A stretch of 64,000 nucleotides of DNA from positions 1 to 64,000 of the forward strand of contig AP039694.1 in the NCBI GenBank assembly GCA_051599415.1, in the 5' to 3' direction. Source of the stretch: Savitreella phatthalungensis. Taxonomy: Eukaryota. This document shows positions 9,503 to 18,100 of the stretch, piece after piece; within the stretch, counting starts at the first letter, position 1; each line of letters begins with the position of its first letter. The notes below the pieces were generated by a model, which was given only the letters and a program-made list of their open reading frames with translations, searched no databases and was not told where the DNA came from. Made by a program: the position numbers and the translations under genes.

Positions 9503-10435
9503 TTAGCGATGTGTGGAGCGTCTACCAGCTAGCACCTTTTTGCGTCGCGCGAATGCCTCGCCAACAAGTGCGAAGTCGTCTGTAGAATCCTGGTTACGGG
9601 GTCGCTTACGACTGCGATCAAGAGCAGAACCACGGCCGGTTCCTGCCTTGGCTGTCACATTGTCGTACAGCTCCCGATCAAGCACTCGGAAGTCCTCTCC
9701 CCCATATACATCCCGATCCCTGGCGCCACGGCGTGTCTTATCTTGCTTTTGCGAAGGCAATCTTGTGTAATTTTCTTCCTCGTAACGACGCACATCGTCC
9801 CTGCGCACTTTCTCTCTGTGAGACTCTATGTCAATCCCCGCTCGTCGGCCGCGTCCTCCGCTAGTGATGTTGGATCCAATGGAAGCCTCAGCAATTGGCG
9901 CATTTGACATTTCGCCATCCACAAATTCTCGCAAAGTATCGTTCGGCCGAGATTTGCGGCGCTCTTCTTTTTGTCGCCGCTCGAGGTCAGGCAGTGTCGC
10001 AGCGATGCGTGGTGGTCTGTATACATTACTTCTGTTTACCTCTTCGTAGTTTTCTGTGTCATCGTCTTGTTCACCATCGTCATCAGCCACGAGAGCGTCA
10101 AGTTTGGGTCTGAAAGTCATGGGATCGGGGTTAGCCTGTGCCTGAGTAGACTCAAAGCGCTCAGCAGCTCGTAAGACTTTGTCGATCTGATACTGCAACT
10201 TGTTCTCGAGAGGCTTAACTCCGCGCTCGAGATCGAGTCGCAGGTCGATCAAATTATCGATGATGTCGGCTCCAACATCTTCCCGACGTAAACGTGAGTA
10301 TGTATACAGGGCCAGGTGAAGCAGGTAGTCGCAAAAGAGGTGCGACTTCACATTGAGTAGCGATATGCCATCTTCAGTACCTTCGATCTTCACTCGACTG
10401 AGTGCCTTGCAAGCAGCCTCAGCGGAGCCTTCCAT
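9503..10435 (-). CDS. LCP5: U3 snoRNP/SSU processome protein Lcp5 (neuroguidin, Sas10/C1D domain)
   Basis: GISLLNVK, LERGVKPLENKLQYQIDKVL, VYRPPRI and YEEENYTRL motifs. A micro-exon at 10482-10488 with intron 10441-10481 is possible. Confidence 0.88.
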   Translation of the reverse strand: MEGSAEAACKALSRVKIEGTEDGISLLNVKSHLFCDYLLHLALYTYSRLRREDVGADIIDNLIDLRLDLERGVKPLENKLQYQIDKVLRAAERFESTQAQANPDPMTFRPKLDALVADDDGEQDDDTENYEEVNRSNVYRPPRIAATLPDLERRQKEERRKSRPNDTLREFVDGEMSNAPIAEASIGSNITSGGRGRRAGIDIESHREKVRRDDVRRYEEENYTRLPSQKQDKTRRGARDRDVYGGEDFRVLDRELYDNVTAKAGTGRGSALDRSRKRPRNQDSTDDFALVGEAFARRKKVLAGRRSTHR

Positions 10436-10800
10436 CCAGCCTGCTGCTTATTCCTGGTTTACGTGAAGCGTTTTGACGTACCTGACATGGACAAGGACAC
10501 CGCATTCGAACTTGTGCATCATACTGATCTTACCGCTGGCACTGGAACGATTTATTTCTAGCCAAGTCGGATTATGGTAGATTGATCCAACTGTTCTTGG
10601 TGCATCTTATCAAGTACCTTTCCTCTAGTAGAAATTACTGTTAACTATCTTATGACAATATTATTGATATAATTTAAATTAGATACTGCATTATTTTGCC
10701 AAGCAGTATACCATGCATGGAATATGTACAAGCACGAGATCGAAAGGACCCATATGCGAGGCAATTAACTGAACGTTAATAAGATTTCTACAGATATGGT

Positions 10801-12378
10801 TTATTGATGATACAGCAGACTCGCGACTGCTGCACGCTCATTGACGAGCGCGTGCTGGAGATTTTGCGCGACAGATTTATAAGAGGCCGCATGATCAGTC
10901 TGGCCGAGGGTATAGTAGGCTGATGCGTTGAATGCTGCGCTATCGAGCGCCCAGAGAAGCCCGCCGGTGTCGCCCTGTCCTGAAGATCTGTAGGCGACAG
11001 AGGCGAATTCTACGCGCTTGTCCAATGAATCGCCGAGACTACGCCGCGATAGTGCAGCAAATGCAATGGCTCGCAATTGCGCATTGCCATGCACATTTAT
11101 CCGCTGCGCGCTCTCGTGCAGCAATCTGCGCACTGATGTCGAAGCTGCGCCCGGGCTCATGGCCTGTAGAATGTAGCAAATCGTACGGGGCACGGCCTGA
11201 TCAAAGTATAGCTCCTCTGCGCGCCTCAAGACATCATGTGCCTTTTGTGAATCACTCAGACGTAGAATAGCCACGCTGTTGAGCATGGCAAGAGCACTAT
11301 GCTCATCAGTGTACAAGCCATCGAATTGTAGCTGCGTGGAGTATGCTTGCAAGGCTGCTTCGAGCTGGCCTTTTGCTTGTAAGATGCCACCTTCGAGCAG
11401 GAAGGTACGAGCAGTCTTTCCACGTATGCTCGATACCCTCTCCAGATTCTGTGATGCTGCTTCAAGGTGACCATGGAGGATCAGGAATGCGATCTGAAGG
11501 TCTTCTAGCTCTGCACGAATCGAATCAGAGCAGATCAGCTCTAGTCCAGCTTCCAGGTAACGACCTGTTCGTCTCGAACTTGTGTCTGGTAAATAAGTGG
11601 CTGCGCTGAGCAAGTAGACCAGCGCAAACAGCTCCGATACACGACCCCAGGATACTTCGAGAGTCGTCATTGGATTTACGACATGGCAAATCTGCAACAA
11701 AGGATCCTTGTGGGCATCGAGGCTTTGCTGGAGCAGGGCTAGTTTTTGCTGGGCATGTTGACCTTGACCGGCGCGGAGATCTGAGAGCAGGTCGTAGGAC
11801 AAATACAAATAATCGTAGACATCAAGTCTGCGATCCGAGAATACAGCACTAGCGGGCTCGGAAGACTTGGCCGTCCCCGTTAGACAGATGAGCTGCGCTT
11901 CGAGGACATGTGTCAGCCTGTTGGAAAGCGACAGAAGTTGCTCCGCATGTCCGAGACATGGTTCAATCTGGAAGCGAAGTAATCGAAGGACCGTCTGCCA
12001 ATGCTGAGGAGCGAATTGCCAGTGGCTGAGAAGGATTGACATGGCAGCCTTCGGCTGCCCTGAACGGTACAAAAGAGTGATTTGCAGTACGACACAACGC
12101 ATTTTGTGGGATCGAAGGTCTTCCCTGTAGCCACAATGCGCGATGCACCGTCCGACGATCCTCAGGGCACGATCAAATTCCATGGTATGCGTGCAGATCA
12201 GCTCAGCGATCTTGATCTGTGCATACAAGCCGAGCAATGGATCTCGCGTCGCCGTCGCAAATAGCTCGAATGCGGAAACGACGAGTGCTAGAGTACTGCA
12301 ATGGGCCGCAGTCTCAATCGGCGTTCGCGCGAGAACCGCCTCGAGTTCGAGCGCTAGAACGAGCGGTCTCAGACTCAT
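10801..12378 (-). CDS. SCC4: Cohesin loader small subunit (Scc4/Ssl3/MAU2-like TPR protein)
   Basis: 525-aa helical TPR-like protein. AQIKIAELICTHTMEFDRA...DLRSHKM...PKAA and LFALVYLLS...RYLEAGL segments resemble the fungal cohesin-loading family. Confidence 0.65.
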   Translation of the reverse strand: MSLRPLVLALELEAVLARTPIETAAHCSTLALVVSAFELFATATRDPLLGLYAQIKIAELICTHTMEFDRALRIVGRCIAHCGYREDLRSHKMRCVVLQITLLYRSGQPKAAMSILLSHWQFAPQHWQTVLRLLRFQIEPCLGHAEQLLSLSNRLTHVLEAQLICLTGTAKSSEPASAVFSDRRLDVYDYLYLSYDLLSDLRAGQGQHAQQKLALLQQSLDAHKDPLLQICHVVNPMTTLEVSWGRVSELFALVYLLSAATYLPDTSSRRTGRYLEAGLELICSDSIRAELEDLQIAFLILHGHLEAASQNLERVSSIRGKTARTFLLEGGILQAKGQLEAALQAYSTQLQFDGLYTDEHSALAMLNSVAILRLSDSQKAHDVLRRAEELYFDQAVPRTICYILQAMSPGAASTSVRRLLHESAQRINVHGNAQLRAIAFAALSRRSLGDSLDKRVEFASVAYRSSGQGDTGGLLWALDSAAFNASAYYTLGQTDHAASYKSVAQNLQHALVNERAAVASLLYHQ

Positions 12379-12803
12379 GACAACTGCTCGCGTTTCTTTA
12401 TTGCACGCTTTCGCTTTTCCAGTTGTTCCTCTTTCTGTTTGTCTTTCCTCTCGATCTCTTTGGCCTTCGCTTCGCGAACCGCTTCCAGATCCTTGACTCG
12501 CTGCAGCTTTGAACGAATGACGCCTTCTTGCTTGTCGTTGACCTCCGCGAGAATGCCTAGCAATTGGCCTGGAGCGTCGTCTACGAACACTTTGCCTTTC
12601 TTACCCCTCTTGATGATTGCCACAGGCTTTGCGACGGTGTTGAGGGGATCAAGGCCGAGTTGCTTTTCAGTAAAGGTCACCTGCTTTCTGCTCTTTCTAA
12701 CGCCACCAGCCCTAAGCCCTGCTTTTGCCTTTGCCGATGACTTTGGCTTCTTGCTGCCTTTCTCTGCGTCCGTGAGCGACGCACTTTGCAGTTTCTTTGC
12801 CAT
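12375..12803 (-). CDS. LOC1: 60S ribosomal subunit assembly/export protein Loc1
   Basis: Lys-rich 142 aa with KKGKVFVDD...KQEGVIRSKLQRVKDLEAVREAK. Confidence 0.85.
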   Translation of the reverse strand: MAKKLQSASLTDAEKGSKKPKSSAKAKAGLRAGGVRKSRKQVTFTEKQLGLDPLNTVAKPVAIIKRGKKGKVFVDDAPGQLLGILAEVNDKQEGVIRSKLQRVKDLEAVREAKAKEIERKDKQKEEQLEKRKRAIKKREQLS

Positions 12804-12999
12804 CCGCGTAGTGAGCTCTACTATGCCAATGCTTGTGTGTCGCGTGTTCCTGATTAAACGAAGCGCGTCTCCGTTAATTCACCTGCATGCGTCGACGTGC
12901 ATGCTGTCAATGGAATGTGGGCAGACATATTAATTGTACTCTGTGATATACATCATTTGAGCACGATCCTGGCAGTTGACGGTCTACTGGACATCTCCG

Positions 13000-13671
13000 A
13001 TGCCAAACGCGAAGAAGAGAGCCGAGAAGGTGGACGCGGCCAACAGCCGTAAAGAGGCAGAAACGTCCGCCAAAAAAGCTGCTGCAGATGACGCATACTG
13101 GTCACAAGGTGCGAAAGGTGATAGTAAGGCCAACAAGGAGGCAGACAAGAAAGCTGAGCTACAGCGCAAAAAGGACGAGAAAGCACGGCTTGAGGCCGAG
13201 GAGGACGCCAGTAACAGCAGAACAGCAAGCAAGGGAAAGAAAGCTCCGGCTAAAAAGGGAGCTCCTGGAATAGACGACTTCCTTGCTACTGCTGGCCTCG
13301 CTCCGAAAGGAGGGCCATCCAAGAAACAAGCTGGTTTAGCTGCATCTAATATCGATGATGCTATCGATGCCCTGAGCTTGACAAACAAGAAGGGAGGCCC
13401 CGTCTCGGCGATGGATATCGAGAAGCATCCTGAGAGGCGATTCAAAGCGGCATATACAGCTTTCGAGGAAAAACGGATATCAGAAATGAAGGAAGAAGGG
13501 CTAGGCCTGCGTCTTCAACAGATGAAAGACCTGTGCTACAAGGAGTTTCAGAAGCATCCGGATAATCCTTTCAACCAAGTGACTGCCCGCCACGACGCCA
13601 GCAAGGATGAGCTGAAGGCGATCGCAGAGCATGAGCGGCGAAAAACAGAACAAAGATTGGCCACCAGATGA
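13000..13671 (+). CDS. LSO2: CCDC124/Lso2/Oxs1 ribosome-associated coiled-coil protein
   Basis: EKHPERRFKAAYTAFEE...GLRLQQMK...KHPDNPFNQ signature. Confidence 0.88.
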   Translation: MPNAKKRAEKVDAANSRKEAETSAKKAAADDAYWSQGAKGDSKANKEADKKAELQRKKDEKARLEAEEDASNSRTASKGKKAPAKKGAPGIDDFLATAGLAPKGGPSKKQAGLAASNIDDAIDALSLTNKKGGPVSAMDIEKHPERRFKAAYTAFEEKRISEMKEEGLGLRLQQMKDLCYKEFQKHPDNPFNQVTARHDASKDELKAIAEHERRKTEQRLATR

Positions 13672-13685
13672 TATAATTCAAGCTT

Positions 13686-14519
13686 TCATTGTACAAAGCC
13701 TATGCGTTTCGATTTGACCTCTGCAAGCAAGCGCTTCTGCTTGTCTGCCACTGTTTCGTCCACGGCGTCGAGTAATGATCGCCACCGGTCCACAGCGTCT
13801 ATCTTAGCCAGCTTGGCCTCATCCTGCGCATTTTTACCGATTTCCCGAGCCAAGCGCTCGAAGGCATCGATTGGTTCTCGTGTAAGATGCGGTGAAATGG
13901 ACTCAATTTTGTCTTGTGCGGCCTTTCGGATCACGCCTAGCTGTTGCTTGGCCTCGCGCCACTCGTCGGCAAGCGCTTCCGTAACCTGACTGGCCGTTTG
14001 GCGCACGTCTTTTGAGGTGTCGCGGGCAACTGTCGTGGCTTTTTCACCGCGCGCCTGCCACAGCATCTTCTGCACCTTGGCTTCGTGCTCGAGCCTTCGT
14101 CCTGCATCATGAGCGAGACCACGCACGTTCTCTGAGACCTTCTCGAGCTTACCCTCGGCCTCGCTATGCTGCTCTGCCGTCAAACCCGTGAGGTATTGAG
14201 CGGCTGAGTATGCACGCTCTCCGAGCTTGTCGTAATTGTAGTTGGTTACCGCAGCGTAGCCACCGGATATCGCATCATTCCACCGTCTCCGTATGTCATC
14301 AGACAAAGCTTCTACTCTGCGTACTGGCGTCGTCTGTTCCGAGTCATAAGCATGCTGCTTTGCCCTGTACCGCTGCACGTTAAGCTCATCGAGCCTTGCG
14401 GCCTTATCATGCAGCTCCGATGAGATGTGATCCGTTGTCGCACGCAAGTGCAGAGTAGAGATGTAGAAGATGCCTGCAGGGAGGGTCAAGCCAGCAATGA
14501 AACCCAGCGTACGCGACAT
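13686..14519 (-). CDS. MIC12: MICOS subunit Mic12-like protein with a long helical C-terminal extension
   Basis: N-terminal TM segment (LGFIAGLTLPAGIFYIST) and a downstream RRRWND motif as in the Mic12/Aim5 family. Start at MSRTLG. Confidence 0.55.
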   Translation of the reverse strand: MSRTLGFIAGLTLPAGIFYISTLHLRATTDHISSELHDKAARLDELNVQRYRAKQHAYDSEQTTPVRRVEALSDDIRRRWNDAISGGYAAVTNYNYDKLGERAYSAAQYLTGLTAEQHSEAEGKLEKVSENVRGLAHDAGRRLEHEAKVQKMLWQARGEKATTVARDTSKDVRQTASQVTEALADEWREAKQQLGVIRKAAQDKIESISPHLTREPIDAFERLAREIGKNAQDEAKLAKIDAVDRWRSLLDAVDETVADKQKRLLAEVKSKRIGFVQ

Positions 14520-15193
14520 CTCGGATCTGACTGTGATGGCACAAAGGATCTCTTGCTTGACCTTTTCGCTGGACCGACGTCGATATATGAATATCACAAC
14601 TGCTATTGACGCATTGATCGAGCAATATGTCTTTGTATCTCGATTGATACACGTCCATCGTGAAGATGTCTCGAACGAATCGACGAATTGATCAAAAGGA
14701 TCACTCATCTGCGCTCAACAATCCGGATAACATCGTGACTACGGCCTACTCGATCATGACGAGATAGCATGTACAGTACATTGTCTCGTGGCATTCACTG
14801 TACGCAGTGTGGTAGCTGCCGAGTGGCAAACCTATCGGCTGTAGGCACGACCAGAGAACATGCTTGTCCTTGTGATTACTTTGCGTCGAAGATAACCCAC
14901 GGGCGCCATAAACATGACAGGTGAGGTTGAGCTGTTCCAGACAGGCAATGGTGCGCATAGATACATTTTCAGCGTAATTCGCTCAAGGAGGTATATGATC
15001 GCATGTTATCCGCTCACTCTGTCGATCACGTTATGCGCACGCATTCCGGGTAAGGCGCACTTTGCATGGATCGTCCATGGATGAAAAGCTATACTGTATG
15101 CAGAGTCTACCGCAGTCAGCAGCCTCGCACTCATACACGTATTTCATTAGACACTCAGGACATGCATGCCTGTGAGCGATTGGTGTTGTTGTG

Positions 15194-18100
15194 TCAGGCA
15201 AACGCTGTCCTGAGCGAGATTTGCGGTGCAGAGTCCTTGTCACCCGCTTGTTTGCCTTGCAAACGCAATATGAAGCTTTGCAGCATTGCACGCTGCTCAA
15301 GCGGCATTTGGGACACATACATCTTGAACGAGACCGGCTCGTCCCGAACATGGTCGAGAAGTCGACTTAGGAGATTGATCGTGATGAGGGTGTTTTCATT
15401 TGCTTCATGACTTTCGATCTTGAGTTCGTTCACCTCGTTCGCCTGCACAAAGAGCAGCACAAGCGGGATCAACGCTGGAAGATCGGCCGTCTCGAGCAGA
15501 TCAAATAGTAGCGAAAGGAGCGCACCACCTGCCCGAGGGTCATCGAGTACATGCCGCGTCAATTCCGTGAGGATGAGCCTTGCCACGATTGGGTGGGCTG
15601 CATAAGTAGTCTTGCATGCCCACTCAGCCGACCTTCTTGATGCAGCGTTGCTGAGAGCACGCACCACAAAGGTGGCGTGCTTCGCGAAAAGCTTGTCTTG
15701 TGGCTGTAAAGCTCCAACAAGCGCGTTGGCTAAGATTGTGCTTGCTAGCACACGATTATTGACTGTCTCATCCTCCTGAGCAGTCACAAGCTTGCGCAAG
15801 ATGTAACGCGCCGGGCCCACAAGCATTCCTGCATCTACTTCGCCATTCTGACCATGCTCGTGCAACGTGGCAGAAACCTTAGCGCAGAATGCTCGAAATG
15901 GTGGGAGGATGGCAGGGACGACCGTCGCCTGTGTCTGAAGGGCCTGGAAGACGTTGCCGAAAACGTGAAACATCGCATTGTAAAGATCGAGGCGTATGAT
16001 GGGAGGGAATCGCTCAGTCAAGTCGACGAAATGAGCTAAGCATGTCCGAGCGAGCTTCGGAAGCGATGCGTCGATTTGTGTGACCTCCTTGCCCTGCTCG
16101 GATTGGTCCCAAGAGAAGACAATGGTGAGAGGTAAGATCGTCAGTCTTGCGAGGTCAAACATTTGGTCCACGAAGCCTTGCTCTAAGTTACTGGACGTAT
16201 TTGGATGACTGAGCCCTAGCATGTGGATTGTGTCGACTAGCAATAGCTGTGACGGAACTCCCTCTGTGAGTAAGAGTCTTCCGAAAAGATCGGTCAGCTC
16301 AGTAAAGATAGGCTCAGAAAAGACAACATCACCGCAAACGGACGGAGACAGAATTGACCTGAGGGCTTGCAGCGTCGCGTAATTGCCTCGTCCCTCCAGC
16401 GATGCGTGTGCGAGTGACTCATAGCAGATGCCGAAAAGGACCATGAAGAACGCTGCTGGCTCACCTCTGTAGTCGATATCGTCGCTAGACTTCTCTCCAA
16501 GCACGTTGAAGACAAAGGCTCTATCAATGTCCAGCAGAGTGGCTACAGCGTGGACTATGTTGAGCCATGCGCGATCGTAGAATGTCAATGTAGTCTCGCG
16601 TGAAACAGAAGTGAAGAGGTCCGATGTCGGCTCAAACTTGAGGCGAGCATAATCCTTCAGTGCATCGAGCCACAAAGGTAGCAAGTGGTGAAGTCTCTCA
16701 CTGAGGATGGGTCTCAAATAATCCTGCTCGATAGACATGACTTGCAGTCGCGCCCAGGCGGCCAAGGCGGCAGTTCTGAGCATGCCGTGATAGGCAGCCT
16801 CGTCGAGCGATCCGCTGAGCATTCTGACCACGCGCGACATACGTTCCACATCTCGCACGATGCCGGAAGAGATGAACACTGCGCAAACATGAATAGCCGA
16901 AGCCGTCACAGCTGGTGGCGCATCGGCACCAAAGGCCGGTGTCAGTGCTGATGCGAGCTGTGCTTGATACTGTTCGAGCAGGGGTTGCTCGGGGAATTCT
17001 GGGTCTGCTGCCGTTTTCAGTCGCTCGATTAGCAGATTTAGAAGCGTGAGGCCTTCAATCCTCAAGCCCTCGACTGGAGACGTAGCCGCTGTAAAGGCTA
17101 TTCGCACCAGGTCTGCTACCCGGTTAGCTAAGTGTTCCATTGCAAGGACGCTAATCAGCTTCGCCAAACTTTTGATCGCAAATTTACACGTCTGCCAGCG
17201 CAGAACTGCATCCCTGGCTTCTTGTCTAGCTTGCTCGAGACTTGCGCCTTCGTCCTCTGCTGCTCTCGTCTCGGTCGAAAGCTCTCGAGCGGCGGAAGCG
17301 GATCGATCAACCTCGGTTAGCCTCTGACGGATAATGATCTGGCCAAATAAGTCCACCCAGTAGTTGTACTCATGTTGCGTTTGCAAAAGCCACGCTAAGA
17401 TAATGTCTTTGACCGTGTCGCACGAAGGGTCTGCGTTGAGCAAGGTCCAGATCGCGGTATCGAATCGTGATGATATACTCGAGTGTTGAATGACCTGGTT
17501 GGCATCAACCCGCACGAGTTGGTAGAGGCCGTCCACTGTCGCATTCCGGATTGCATCATCATGGCTCTTGAGGTAGAAGTGTAGCGAGAGAATATAGCTC
17601 GTCATGTCGATCTTGCGCGGAGCGAACAGGGCAAGATGTTGGGAACAACGGAGTCCTACAGCGACCAGCGATGGGTCCTGGAGGACTTCGCCTACGAGCT
17701 TGACCAAGAGATCTCTAGATGTTGCACTGTCTTCTAGGTCTGGTCCTAGCAGATTGATGAGGCCATCAGCACACTCTGCTAATACGGACGTCGCGTCGTT
17801 GTCAAAGGCCAAGTTGGAGGTAGCCGTAGAGCCTGCCGTCTCGTCAAGCAGATCGGACGTGTAAAGTCGCAAGAGCAAAGCAAGCGTGCTGCTGGTGTGC
17901 TGAGCGAAATTGAGCCCGGACGAGCTGATCGTGCGCGCTAGTGCCTGTAGCGCGCAGAGGTGCACAGTCGGATGAGGGTCAGCGGCAAGGCTCACAAGGA
18001 CATTCAAGATACGCTTGAGATGATATCTCGCGGCAATGCCGCCGAGAGCGGCGTGTATGTGCCCAAGAGCTATTGTGCAACCCGCGCGGGTGTTTGGATC

